A stretch of DNA of 62,996 bases, filler included, from Octopus bimaculoides (GCF_001194135.2; 9 parts of 7 records of this genome joined end to end with filler, not necessarily neighbours in it); one strand, 5' to 3'. Positions 10,999-24,420 are shown, counted from the whole stretch's first letter. Made by a program: numbers and translations. Notes: a model not told the origin generated them from the sequence alone.

Positions 10999-11378
10999 AT
11001 TTGCGTTATCTGAAAGTATTAAATGGAACATTTGATAGTCATTTTTAGCCTTGGTAGAAACACGACTCAGTCGAATGACAAATATCTGAAAAAATCCGAA
11101 CCCATGAGGACACTTCCTGCATCCCGACTGGTCCGGATGGGTGTAATTTCGTTTGACTATTCCTTCTCGAAATATATTCAAGCGAATCTCACCCTTTAAA
11201 GCCTACTCAGAGTCAGAGTTAAAGCAGAGAGAAATATTTAAAAATTGGAACAGGTTAAAATATAGTCCAGACAGGTNNNNNNNNNNNNNNNNNNNNNNNN
11301 NNNNNNNNNNNNNNNNNNNNTTAATTAATTAANNNNNNNNNNNNNNNNNNNNNNNNNNNNNNNNNNNNNNNNNNNNTA

Positions 11379-11409
<31 letters not shown>

Positions 11410-11692
11410 ATATGTATATTTATCATTACGATTGTTGCCTCTGCTACGGCTGCTTCTTCTGCTGGAAAATGTTTTCTCGTTCTAATTGTGTTTGCGGCGG
11501 TGGCGACAATGGTGGCAATGGAGGGTTTATTGTAGCCGTATGTCTCGTGTTTACAACATTACCGTTTCCTACTTGTAGTACTTGATATCTTATAACGTTT
11601 TATCATGTACCAACTGGTGTATGTCACCACAGTGATATCTCTGATCATCAAAGAGCTATGGATATATCATCACGATCATCATCATACTCATC

Positions 11693-11751
<59 letters not shown>

Positions 11752-12388
11752 CATCATCATTATTATTAGCAGATTAGATATCCAACATTGATACGATATT
11801 TCGATGTCTACACAATTAGCAAATTACATTCCGGACTCTGTCTGTCTGTCACTCTCTCCCATCGTTTCTTTCTCTTGTTCAATATTTTCTTGTCTATCTG
11901 TTTGCCTTTCTCGCTCCTTATTTATGTCTCTACTGCCTCTTCCTTCACTCTCTCACTCCCTCTTTGTCTATCTGTCACTATTTATATATATATNNNNNNN
12001 NNNNNNNNNNNNNNNNNNNNNNNNNNNNNNNNNNNNNNNNNNNNNNNNNNNNNNNNNNNNNNNNNNNNNNNNNNNNNNNNNNNNNNNNNNNNNNNNNNNN
12101 NNNNNNNNNNNNNNNNNNNNNNNNNNNNNNNNNNNNNNNNNNNNNNNNNNNNNNNNNNNNNNNNNNNNNNNNNNNNNNNNNNNNNNNNNNNNNNNNNNNN
12201 NNNNNNNNNNNNNNNNNNNNNNNNNNNNNNNNNNNNNNNNNNNNNNNNNNNNNNNNNNNNNNNNNNNNNNNNNNNNNNNNNNNNNNNNNNNNNNNNNNNN
12301 NNNNNNNNNNNNNNNNNNNNNNNNNNNNNNNNNNNNNNNNNNNNNNNNNNNNNNNNNNNNNNNNNNNNNNNNNNNNNNNNNNNNNNNN

Positions 12389-12422
<34 letters not shown>

Positions 12423-12602
12423 CTCTTTATCCCTCCTCTCTCTCTTTTACCCTCTTTCTCACTCTCTCTATATCACTTCTAGTTTTTTACTCTTCGTTTT
12501 TCTTTCTTTATAGTTTTCTCTCTACCTATCTTCCTCGCTATTCTTTCCTAATTGTATGTAAACCCCTCTGTTCCCTCTCTTCCCACTCTCTCTCTCTCTC
12601 TA

Positions 12603-12642
<40 letters not shown>

Positions 12643-13628
12643 GCAATCTCTCCATCTTTCTCTCTCTTTCTTTCTCAGTCTATAACTCGCTAGCGAATAA
12701 TATAATTATCTTTGGTCGCGTATAATCTCTTGCTACAGGGTTAACATGTCGAAATATTGTTCTTGATATTTTTGTGAAACTTTTTATTAATATACTCATT
12801 ATTATTATTATTATCATCATCAACATCATCATCATCAGTATTATCTTTATTTTTATAATCATAATCATTATTATTATCATTGTAAATCTTCCTATTTTTC
12901 ATCAGACAATCTTGAAGACAATATAGAAGAGTTTCGGGTTGCCTGGTTCCGTTGTTGAAATATTGATATTTAGATATATTAATGATATCGATCAGATGAT
13001 AGATTACAGTTCTTGCTCCCCCACATTGATTGTTATCGTGGTTCTGTCGTTGAGAGATTTCATTTTTGTCTTGTTCGACTTCAGAACGAGCAACGTGGAA
13101 AATATCATGTGAATATATTTAACCAGTCGAAATACGAAACTAACCCTTCTGAAATACAGCTGCTTACCGTATCTTTCCTGATATTGTTGTAGTTCTTTGT
13201 CTGGGTTAATTCCCAAATCAGTTGTGATAGAGTAAATATATTCAGTGGTATAATATCATTTGTTACAGCGCAAATTTTATTATTCAGTGCCTCAATAGTA
13301 ACATTCGCCTTATTTCAATACAGTACGGTAGATTTTCAGGAACGTTTAGCAGCATCTTCTAGCATTTTAGGTACCTCTTGCTTAAGACATGCTTGTTTGT
13401 GACTAAGACAATCGTACGCACTTAAATATATGTATGTCTATGCATGTATATTTATGTATATAAATAAATATATATATATATTACCATTTTGTTATATATA
13501 TATATAACGTATTAATATATATGTATATNNNNNNNNNNNNNNNNNNNNNNNNNNNNNNNNNNNNNNNNNNNNTTAATTAATTAANNNNNNNNNNNNNNNN
13601 NNNNNNNNNNNNNNNNNNNNNNNNNNNN

Positions 13629-13675
<47 letters not shown>

Positions 13676-13918
13676 TGACTGAGGAAAGAAGGCCACGAAT
13701 GACCCACCTTCTTTTTGCCTGTCTTTCTAATCGTTGTTTCTCCTGTCTGCCTTTGTATCGTCTATCTGTCCAAATGTTTTATTGTCCTCTATTGTGCTTT
13801 TGTTCCATTTATATATAAATATATATATAATGTGGCCACAAAACGTGTGTAGTCAACACTTTACCTTCTATTTTATAAATTTAATAAGTTGCATTATATT
13901 TTTAGTCTAGTATTTTAT

Positions 13919-13993
13919 AGATTTTTATGGATGTTATACTTTTCTTTTAGATTTTATGGATGTTATACTTTTCTTTTAGATTTTATGGATTTT
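13919..13993. repeat. About 29-bp tandem repeat, 2.5 copies
   Basis: agattttatggatgttatacttttctttt repeated. Confidence 0.85.
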
Positions 13994-14176
13994 TAAATTA
14001 GTATTTTGTAGAGTACGTTTTTCTTGATGATAACTGGTCTCTTTCATTGTTTGAATTGTATATTGGTGGTTCTTTCCTAAATTATATTTATATACATATA
14101 TTATTGATTATGAAATTCAATTTGGTATTACTAAATTGAATTATCCCTGTAAGTTTGGAATTTTACATTCCCTAAT

Positions 14177-14207
<31 letters not shown>

Positions 14208-15239
14208 AAACCAAAATAAGCAACAGGACATCGAGAGGTGATGCAGTACGACCATTTCAAGCAGCTCCATTTAACTGAACAATGCAATCATTATATCAAT
14301 TTAATTGCAGGGCTATCCTCAGCTGCATAAATAAATAGAAGTTTTTAATCAGTTGGACACATTAATATAATTTTACTCAAATTCTCTAATAGAGCAAGAA
14401 GTAGGAGAATGTGCTACACATGTAAGAACTGTATGAAGCTTGTTAGGGTCATAGGTTGTAAATGATTGTGGTTCACTTTTAATTTTGATAAATTTTGGTC
14501 ATATGTAGAAAATTTTTCTGGTTCTAATGTTTCTAATGTACTAATTCATTTCATTACCATTAATAATGATATTGCTGTTATTATTGTGGGTTGTTGTGTA
14601 AGTGCAATCATTGTAATATTTTGCTCTTCGAGAATAATAGAACTATAATGCAAATATTAATATCTTCAAACGATACCAAAGTTATCACTACATCTCAGTA
14701 TCATTGTCTTTTTATATTTCAGCCTAGCAAGACCAGCCCATATTTTACACTGATTCTACATCAATTTTTAATGAACAACATGGAATAAATTTTATTTTGC
14801 ACAACCACTATTAATGAACTGATCATTTTTGGAAATAAATAGAAATAATTTATATCCAGTTTCTTTCCACCAAATAAATAAATAAATAAAATTTTTAGTT
14901 TTAAATTTTCAATTTCTCTAAAAAATTTCCAGATATTTTTATTGGAGAAGAAAAGAAAAGTTTGGCTTATATTCTTGTATATAATTGTCAAAATATACAT
15001 TTTAAATCAGTAAATGGATACTGTGGAATATAGATATCTATATATAAGCCATATAGCAGTCCATATATATATATATATATATATATTTGTATTCAATACA
15101 GGGGCATTTCTAAAAATACATTTTGTCATCGATAAGTGTATGTTCTGGAATATTGTCATCTATTTTATCACCTCGCTTTTTTGTGTATGTTTTAAGTGCT
15201 TATTTAAGGCATTATTTCTACAACTTCTGAAATGGAACA

Positions 15240-15392
15240 TCATCATCATCATCATCATCATCGTTTAACGTCCGCTTTCCATGCTAGCATGGGTTGGACG
15301 ATTTGACTGAGGACTGGTGAAACCGGATGGCAACACCAGGCTCCAATCTAATTTGGCAGAGTTTCTACAGCTGGATGCCCTTCCTAACGCCA
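15240..15392 (-). mobile_element. Repeat family C (retroposon-type 3' end with (GAT)n tail), running into a gap
   Basis: (CAT)n-cgtttaacgtccgctttccatgctagcatgggttggacg...; near-identical to copies at 25700-26010(-), 28648-28898(+) and 29560-29750(+). Confidence 0.85.
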
Positions 15393-15889
15393 NNNNNNNN
15401 NNNNNNNNNNNNNNNNNNNNNNNNNNNNNNNNNNNNNNNNNNNNNNNNNNNNNNNNNNNNNNNNNNNNNNNNNNNNNNNNNNNNNNNNNNNNNNNNNNNN
15501 NNNNNNNNNNNNNNNNNNNNNNNNNNNNNNNNNNNNNNNNNNNNNNNNNNNNNNNNNNNNNNNNNNNNNNNNNNNNNNNNNNNNNNNNNNNNNNNNNNNN
15601 NNNNNNNNNNNNNNNNNNNNNNNNNNNNNNNNNNNNNNNNNNNNNNNNNNNNNNNNNNNNNNNNNNNNNNNNNNNNNNNNNNNNNNNNNNNNNNNNNNNN
15701 NNNNNNNNNNNNNNNNNNNNNNNNNNNNNNNNNNNNNNNNNNTCTGTTTACTTAAAAGAACAATAGTTTGTTTTACACCATATCCATCGTTACTGGTAAG
15801 ACTTTCAAACTGATATCTGTTAAGTCATCTGCTTTATGTGTTTCAGTTATCCACAAAATGGTTGTTAATGTTTATCCTGATAAGATATA

Positions 15890-16889
15890 TATCAGGTCAT
15901 TAAGAATGCAATGTCCAATTTTGAACTGAAAGTTAATTTTACCTTATCTCAACAAAAAGCAATGCAGTTAATCAAAGTATGCACCTAAATTATCAGCACA
16001 ATTTTGCCATTTTATCAGTAGCTTATTTATGCCAGCAGCAAAGAATTCTGGAGAGCAAGAGGTGATGAAATCACAAAAGGCCGTTTTTACATCTTCAGAT
16101 TTGAAGTTTTTCCTTGCAAAAAATTGTCTAATGGCTGGAAAATGTGACAGTCAGCTGGTCCAAGGTCTGACAGAGGACTACCAAGTTCAATTCCTGCAAC
16201 TTGAGTAGCATTCTTTGTGCAACATGTGGTCAAGCATTGTCTTGCAAGAGAATTAGCCTATCTCTGTTGAGCAATCTTGGTTGTTTAATTGCAAGTTCAT
16301 TCATCTTTTCATCCAATAGGTTGATGAATACATCCGCTGTAACTGACTTACCATGTCTCATGAAGCTGCAGTGGATGACACCAGTGCTGGACCACCAAAC
16401 AGACACCATTAGCTCGTTTTGGTGAATATTGTTTTTTGATTGTGTTTTGGCACTTCATCTCTATCCAACCACCATGCAGAACATATGCTATTGTCAAAAA
16501 GAATCCATTTTTCATCACACGTAACAATTTGATGCAAAAATGGTTCACTTTTATGCCACAACAGCAAATTTCAAGATGATATGTCATTTGGTGCTTGTTC
16601 AGTTCATGTGGTACCCACTTGTCCAGCTTCTTTACCTTGCCAATTTGTTTCAGATGGGTCCAACACAGTTGGAATTGAAACATCAAACCTTGCTGCTAAC
16701 TCATGCGTGGTTTGAGATGTATCCACTTCCACTACAGTTTCCAGCTCATCATTATCCACTTTGGTCTCAAGTCTACCACAGGGCTGATTTTCAAGAATAA
16801 AGTCACCAGACTGGAACTTCCCAAACCAAGGATGTACAGTGCACTCATTCACCACATCTTCACCAAACACCTCATTGATGTTTCAAGCT
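15890..16889 (-). pseudogene. Decayed mariner transposase with one terminus intact
   Basis: Minus-strand pieces FGEDVVNECTV (HTH), KKLDKWVPHEL (WVPHEL), VTCDEKW (D1), LLQDNA*PH (D2) and DLGPADCHIF (degenerate SPDLAPSDY, D3), with stops and frameshifts. TIR-like end TATCAGGTCATTAAG next to TA at about 15888-15890. The 5' end is lost in the 10-N gap. Confidence 0.93.
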
Positions 16890-17371
16890 NNNNNNNNNNG
16901 TTAAAATGTATTTGTTCTGTTAGAGCATTCATCCACCTTCCATACACTGAGGTGAGACCCTAGTGTAGTGTTAGCAGTTTTATCATTGATGACCCAAATA
17001 GGAAATAAGTAGTACAGGTCGTACAGATTTGCATGATAACCAGCAGCAGAGAATTTTTGATTGATTTAAGGCTGCAAATAATCACATATAATATAGGATC
17101 AGTTTTGACTGGGATTTTAAGTTTTATTTGTTGGCTTATTCAACCTCCCCCTCTCTCTCTCTCTCTCTCTCTCTCCCTTTCTCTCTCTCCCTCTCTCTCA
17201 TACACTCACACAAACACACGTACACACACACACAGATTGTATGTGTTCAGTAAATGTATAAGCAAGAACATAGTAGTCTACATATATATTTTGCATTCAG
17301 CACGATTATACACCAGAACATACTTGTCATAATATATAGTATCATTGTTTGAATGTTGCTGATCCTGAAAT

Positions 17372-17614
17372 ATTGAATTCTAATACCCTTTAATATTTAA
17401 ACCAGCCACATCTAGCACAAATGTTCTATACCAATTTTATGTTCAAACTGGCCAGAACTGACCTCTCACACCTACCCTACAATGTCATCCTCAAAATAAA
17501 AAAATCACATTATCAAAACCTCAAAGCTATGAGATAACATATGATTAATACAAAATAATGTGAATTTATAAGCATTACATTTTGTCAGAGTAATCTGAAT
17601 GCTGAAGGGTTAAA
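17372..17614. mobile_element. Degenerate piggyBac-type MITE
   Basis: Left end taataccctttaatattt, right end gaatgctgaagggttaa (TTAA-CCCTT type termini). Confidence 0.45.
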
Positions 17615-18539
17615 TGCATGTTCACTAAATTTAATGGATGGGGAGAGAAAGAGGGAAAAAGAGAATTAATTATATCAATAGCAATCCTTGATTAGTATTT
17701 CATTTTATCAAATACAGCAGTGTGAAAAACAGTCAACCCTGGTAGAATTTGAACTAACAACTTAAAAGGACACAACTTAGGCATAAATGAATATGTATGT
17801 ATGACATTTCATCTGAAAATACACTGTTTTTAGTTAGAATATTGCATAAACCTTTAGCTGCAGGAAAGTTGTAGCAATCTCTGGCTTTATAATAGACATA
17901 CATCAGAGGGATAATCTTATCAAATGTTTGACTAAAGCCTATAAACACAAAGTAGTAGGCCTGGTCTTGACCTGACTATTTATCTTTGTATATTGCATCA
18001 TTTCGTCTTATTGATTATGGAGCAAGAGAAAATGAAAGATTAGATCAACTTTGGCAGAACTCAAACTCAGAATCGAAACTTATAACAAATAGCATTTCAA
18101 TTATGCAGTCCAGATCAACAACAGTCTGACATTGATCCACCTTTAAAGCTGATCTATGAGGTTTAGTCAAATATATATTTTTTTTCTTTTATAATGATAT
18201 TCCATTGTATAAGTTATGTTATTCTACAACAAATATCAAACTAAAAGGGCAATCCAGAATCAGAGGATTCTAGTCATAGGTCTGCATCAGTGAAGGTAAT
18301 CCAGATAGGATAAATTCTTTAATAAGAAGCAATAAAATCTTGTTATTATGTTTGGTGTGGTTTCTATGCCTGATAATAGGAAGGATGTCCAGCCATAGAA
18401 ACCATGTCAAACTTAATCAAAGTTCAAGCAAGATTTAATGCTTCAGTCCATCTAGGAGGACAATAACTCCAATTCAGTGCTAACACAGACTACAATGACC
18501 TATCCAATCAACGCCAGCATGAAAGATGATGGCAGAAGC

Positions 18540-18649
18540 AGGTGATGATGATGATGGCATCAATACAGTGATGATGAGAATGATGATGATGATGATGATG
18601 ATGATGATCATGATGATGGTGGTGGTGGTGGTGGTGGTGGTGGTGGTGA

Positions 18650-18683
<34 letters not shown>

Positions 18684-18765
18684 GGTGGTGATGATGATGA
18701 TGATGATGATGACAGTAGCAGTGATGATGATAATGATGATGGTACCAACAACATGATGATGATGA
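18540..18765. repeat. Compound (GAT)n/(GGT)n microsatellite
   Basis: Read directly; source of spurious poly-His/Met/Val ORFs. Confidence 0.95.
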
Positions 18766-19707
18766 AAAATAAGTGAAAAGAAAAAAAATATATATTTCAT
18801 AACAAAGGGTTTCTTGCTTGAAAAATTTACTTTTGTTTACATTTGTTGTTCTTGTTGTTGTTGTTTTTTTTAAATTTTTTTTTTTAATAATCATTTTGCC
18901 TGTCTGAAATACACTAAGAACTTCGGTTCTTAGGTACTTAAGACCACAGATGTTTAAAGCAAGATTCAGTTGCTGTACGACTATGTATAATGATATTAAA
19001 CAATAGTAATTCCCAAGTTATTGCTGCCAATAATGCTATTCAGAAGAATGAATAAAAATAAATATTATACTACACTAAAATCGTGTATACATGAATAACA
19101 GAAGGGATGCTTTCAATGACAATTATAGTGAATTCGATTTCTACTAAACATACTTGGTGCTTTAAATTTTTCTTATTCTTTTTTCTATACATTGAATTTT
19201 TATTGGTCTTTCCATAAAAATTTATTATTAATGTATGAAATTTCACACATATAGCGATTCTCTCTTATTCGCTTACACTGAGGTAAATTTTAGAGTCTAA
19301 ATTAACAAATAGTCAATAATTAAATCTAAATTTCATGAAGTATTTATTTATTCATCCCAAGCTGGAACATTAGTCTGTCAAGACACAGTTTCTCATTGAG
19401 AAATCTTTATGTGGCACTAGTGCAGTGTAGAGAGTGTGTGTGTGTGTGTGTATGCATATGTGCATTTGAATGTTCCTCTTAGAATGTGTGTGTGTGTGCG
19501 TGCATGTATGTATGTATACTCTTTTGCTCTTTTACTTGTTTCAGTCATTTGACTGTGGCCAAGCGGGAGCACCGCCTTTAGTCGAGCAAATCGACCCCTG
19601 CAGTTGATTTGCTCAACTAAAGGCGGTGCTACAGCATGGGCACAGCCGAATGACTGAAATAAGTAAAAGAATAACTGTTATTTCCTTATTATTCAGAAGT
19701 ATAAAAG

Positions 19708-19920
19708 CGATGAGCGGGCAGAATCGCTAACACGCTAAACAAAATGCTTAATGGTATTTTGTCTGTCACTACGTTCTGAGTTCAAATTCTGCCAGCATTG
19801 CCATTCATCCTTTCAGAGGTCAATAAATTAAGTACCAGTGAAACACTGGGGTCGATGTAATCGACTAACCCCGCAGCTACCCAAAAATTTCAGGCCTTGT
19901 GGCAATAGTAGAAATGATTA
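19708..19920 (+). mobile_element. SINE family B
   Basis: A box and B box plus family B body. Confidence 0.8.
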
Positions 19921-20462
19921 TTCAGAATTATGTGCATGACTTATGTAGTCAAAGTGTTATACTAACACAGTTATCTTCTTTGCGGTGTAAATGTGTTTGA
20001 TACTGATTATTGTAGTTAAGATTCTGATGGAATTCTGACAAGCTACGAGTCAAGAGTTAGTTGAATCATAGTTCAACTGCTAAGTACTTTGCTAGTTTGC
20101 AGTACTAGATTCAAATATCCCTTTATGGACGTCTGCTAGAAAAAGTAAGCTAATGAGAGAGCCTCTACAGAGTTGCTTGTGCTTGATCTGTTACATATAC
20201 TAGCAAAATCTCTCTCAAATCAAGCTTAAACATTTTAAAAGTGAAATGACAAAATTAGTGTAGATGTAGATATGATTATAGATATGAGACACGATGGTGA
20301 CAGCAGGAAAACCACTTTAGATGTGTCTGTGTAATTTGGGTGATATATACTGGCTTCAGAAGTCACAGGAGCGGTATTAAAAATAAATATTAACATATTT
20401 ATTCATCAATAAACGATAGACATACACACATACATATATATGCATGCATGTGTGTGTGTGTG

Positions 20463-20532
<70 letters not shown>

Positions 20533-20552
20533 CATATATACATATATATATA

Positions 20553-20948
20553 GGAGTGGCTGTGTGGCAAGTAGCTTGCTTACAAACCACATGGTTCCAG
20601 GTTCAGTCCCACTGTGTGGCACCTGGGGCAAGTGTCTTCTACTATAGCCTCGGGCTGACCAAAGCCTTGTGAGTGGACTTGGTAGATGGAAACTGAAAGA
20701 AGCCCATTGTATATGTGTATGTATATATGTATGTGTGTGTATGTGTTTGTGTTTCTGTGTTTGTCCCCCCACCATCACTTGAGAACCAATGCTGGTGTGT
20801 TTACATCCCTATAACCTAGCAGTTCGGCAAAAGAGACCGATAGAATAAGTACTAGGCTTACAAAGAATAAGTCCTGCGGTCAATTTGCTCGACTAAAGGC
20901 TGTGTTCCAGCATGGCCACAGTCAAATGACTGAAACAAGTAAAAGAGA
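20553..20948 (+). mobile_element. SINE family A, full length, CpG-decayed
   Basis: Colinear with the 3690-4075 copy. Several CG sites appear as TG/CA (gggctgacc, acatccc, aaccaatgc). Confidence 0.88.
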
Positions 20949-21865
20949 ATTTGAAATCAAAACAAAAAGATATGTAACTATCTTTGATCATAATAGTAAA
21001 ACAAAGGATTACAAAGAAACTAGTGACATTCTCTGTCAGTAAAATGGAACACAATTAATAAAAATAGAATAAATTTTATGCCACGAGGCAGAAGAGAAGC
21101 TTTATGTTTCAAATACTTGTCCTCCTGCTTCTGAGAAAGAATTCATAAAAGTTTCGTCGTTTAGGCTCGAAAATTGCTTAGATCATAGGTTCACTTAATC
21201 AAGGATTGATCGGGGATTTAACAACAACAATAACAACAATATAGTATATGATTTCTCTAGGGATAATAATTACTTTGATCTCAACCAATATGGCACTTCA
21301 AGGTAGAGTTATTCAATCAGTCAATCACAGGAAACCTATTTTAGAGGTTTCCTAATTTATCGCTCTATAATTCTCTTACTCCTATTTGCTTTAGCAACAT
21401 AACTGTGGTCATACTGGAGCACTACCTTGAAGGATTTCTAGTCAATCAAATCAATTCAGTACTTACTTTCAACTTGATATTCTATCAGTTACCTGTTTTT
21501 TTTTCTTTTCCTGACTTTCTAGGTTACAAGTATGTTAACACATTTTGCCTAGTAATTTTTATCATCAGCAATATAATTTTACCTCCACTTTCCAAACTGG
21601 CATTAATTGAGTTGGTCATCATAGTCAAAGTTAGTTTTTATTTGAAGTTTCTACTCTCCTAGATGAGTTAGGTGGGCACATCTTGTTCGTATGGTTCATT
21701 TTTGGTATGGTTTCTTTGGCTGAATGTTCTTACTTTCACCAACCACTTTTCAGAGTGCAATGGGTGCATTTTATTGTGGTACTAACACTTGAGAGGTTGC
21801 CCTGTATCTCATTGGACCTGTGGTTCCATTTTTTGCCTGTGGACCCCTTTGATTCTTATTTCACA

Positions 21866-21932
21866 AGAAGAAGAAGAAGAAGAAGAAGAAGAAGAAGAAG
21901 AAGAAGAAGAAGAAGAAGAAGAAGAAGAAGAA
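21866..21932. repeat. (GAA)n microsatellite
   Basis: Perfect run of about 22 units. Confidence 0.95.
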
Positions 21933-21989
21933 ATGGTATTTCTTATAAAGTCACATTGCAATATATTTTTAGCTTGTTCTGGATCATAC

Positions 21990-22369
21990 TCTTGGCGCTC
22001 CGTCGATTATGACGACAAGGGTTCCAGTTGATCCGATCAACAGAACAGACTGTTCATGAAATTAATGTGCAAGTGGCTGAGTGCTCCACAGACACGTGTA
22101 CCCTTAACGTAGTTCTCAGGGAGATTCAGCGTGACACAGAGTGTCAAAAGGCTGGCCTTTTGAAATACAGGTACAACAGAAACAGGAAGAAAGAGGGAGA
22201 GAAAGTTATGGTAAAAGAGTACAACAGGGTACCAACCCCCTGCCAGAGCCTCATAGAGCTTAAGGGGTTTTCGCTCAATAAACACTTACAACACCCGGTT
22301 TGGGAATCCAAATCGCGATCCTACGACCGCGAGTCTGCTGCCCTAACCACTGGACCATTGCACCTCCAC
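21990..22369 (-). mobile_element. tRNA-derived SINE family D, full length with 13-bp TSD
   Basis: TTCTGGATCATAC duplicated at 21977-21989 and 22370-22382. Minus-strand head gtggaggtgcaatggtccagtggttagggcagc; colinear with 47192-47579. Confidence 0.92.
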
Positions 22370-23303
22370 TTCTGGATCATACAGACACCAAAATCATGAC
22401 TTAGAGACACTGGATCATGGGAAAAATCCTATATGAGAGACTTCAACCCCAGGAGCTGTCAGTATCAGCCTATTCCCAAATAGTGAAACTAATTTTCCCA
22501 AATTTTTTACTTCAGAGCAAGACTGACCTATAAGCTTTGTCTATTAATAATTATATCAATTATTGAGTCAGTAACATGAAAACATCATGCGTTTTCTTGA
22601 AGAAATATTTAGATCCATTGCACATTCTTCTGCTGGAATCAAGACTGTTAAATGCTGATTATATGGTTTTTGACCAGAATTCTGCAGAATTGCATAATGT
22701 ATCTAATACTGACTAATCCAGCACTTCATTATCTGTGCCAGCTTTAGCAACACAATTATTGATATGTATATAATGCATTGCATCTCATGTTATTTATGGA
22801 ATGCCAAGCAACCATACAGAGACTTTCTGGTTTAAGTAGATCTATGGTGGAAGTCATTCTAGCCACAATTATGTTGTCTTTCATTCAGATTTAATGCATC
22901 TTGGATTATATTAGTCAATGTTCTTCTTTTCTAAGATGTCACAACATGATTTGATAGGGATTTAGTTGCTATTTCTAGCCAGTTTTGCAGCTTCCTGATT
23001 TACCTGTTTTATTTCTATACAGTGAAACTCTCTACCTTATAAATGCATCTTCTTCATTTCCAAAATTCTAAAATTCAGTGAAACTCTAGATTTTCAAAGA
23101 AAGAGCCATAGGAAATTGATTAATCTTAGATAATTAGATGACTGTTTAACAAAGCAGGCAATAGTACAGGATTATTTGAATAACCAGTGAGTTTCTATAT
23201 AGTTGCTAAACCTGCATGCCAGGAATAGCAGTCAAATTTTTATCATATCACAGTCTTCAATTTTTGTAAAAGGATGTGTTAGATATGTAATCTTAGATAA
23301 TCC

Positions 23304-23375
23304 TTTCTGCTACAAGCAGAATCCTAGCTAATGTTTTCTGCTACAAGCAGAATCCTAGCTAATGCTTTCTGCTAC
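23304..23375. repeat. 31-bp tandem repeat, 2.3 copies
   Basis: tttctgctacaagcagaatcctagctaatg repeated. Confidence 0.9.
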
Positions 23376-23555
23376 AGTAGAGGTGGAAAATCAGTCATGG
23401 TGATTTCAGTAGTTGTCTGGTACTTATTTTAATGACCCTATAAAATGAAAGGCAAAGTTAACCTCAGTGGAATTTGAACTCAGAACATAAGACAGATGAA
23501 TTGTCTCCATGCATTTTGACTGGTGTGCAGACAATTCTGCCAGCTTGCTGCCTTT
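23375..23555 (-). mobile_element. SINE family B, CpG-decayed
   Basis: ctggtacttattttaatgaccc...aaaggcaaagttaacctcagtggaatttgaactcagaac. Confidence 0.75.
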
Positions 23556-23896
23556 ATGTAATCTTAGATAATAGAAGAGATGATAGTTATGACTGGAACT
23601 TCTTTGACCACAGATTTGCTTACAGAAAGGAGTCTCGAAGTGGTTACTTCAGATTCCATAAACAACAGCTAAATCTCCCTCAAATAACATCCAACCACCT
23701 TAGATAAGGAAGAGTACATTGGATGGTGTAATCTTACAAAAACTAAGTCTGAATGATAGATGGGATGATCGTTGTTGTAACATCTCTGATCATAGGTCTG
23801 CTGGATCAGGCTAGCATAAAATTAAACGAAGGACTCTAAAAAAAGAGAGGGGAGTTGTGAGAATTGAAAAAAGGTCAGACAAATTATCTTGCTTAA

Positions 23897-24121
23897 CCCA
23901 TTAAGTCTCACTGTCCTATAAATAGGACACTAAATGAGAACATTAAATAAGCTATATCACATTGTCTCAGTGTCCTATTTATAAGACACCATGTATTTCC
24001 ATTTCTACTTGAAGTAAAGGAGTTTTGATAATTATTTTTTTTTCATTTTAACCTATTTTCAATCATCTGTAAAAATTTTAAAGTAATATTCAGAAATTTA
24101 AGTACTCTGGGACTTAATGGG
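23897..24121. mobile_element. piggyBac-type MITE
   Basis: TTAA|CCCATTAAGTCTCA ... TGGGACTTAATGGG|TTTAA (14-bp TIR, 1 mismatch), with internal inverted tgtcctat...ataggaca units. Confidence 0.75.
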
Positions 24122-24420
24122 TTTAAGAAAATTCTTCTTCAAAAGGAATTTTCGCAGACACATTCATTAAAGAATTCAAATTTTGAGGCTTTGGTAGAAG
24201 ACACTTACTTGCCCATGATGCCATGCAGTGGGACTGAACACAGAACTATGTGATTGGGAAGCAAGCTTCTTAAAACACAGCCTTGTTTGCATGTATGAAG
24301 AAATTCATGTACAAATAAATCGAACATTTCCTAGGTATGTGTGACAGAAAAAAATATTGGGAATCACTGCATAAGACACCCTTTTTGTTACACCAAATTC
24401 ATCAGTTAGTACAGTAAAAG

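Noticed and set aside
11321-11332. TTAATTAATTAA between runs of N, recurring at about 13573, 41121, 46590, 48660, 57230, 59258 and 60860
   Set aside because: It is identical every time, centred in a roughly 100-nt N block, and has stops in all six frames. This is an artificial gap spacer, not a biological motif.
15305-15330. CTGAGGA...GAAA in repeat family C, superficially a hammerhead core
   Set aside because: No pairing for stem II (CTGGT), and the GAAA is not kept in the 25770 copy (ggtgaacc).
17880-17950. VFIGFSQTFDKI, resembling RT motif FLDFSKAFDKV
   Set aside because: A single short degenerate motif, too little to call a feature.
18480-18894. Poly-His, poly-Met/Val and poly-Ile/Thr ORFs
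   Set aside because: Translations of a compound triplet microsatellite with no splice or homology support. The same applies to 21683-22031, 37260-37808 and 40659-41055.
23304-23375. Short 29-31-bp direct repeats (also 6005 and 13919) as a possible CRISPR array
   Set aside because: The units are contiguous with no unique spacers, there are no cas genes, and the context is eukaryotic.
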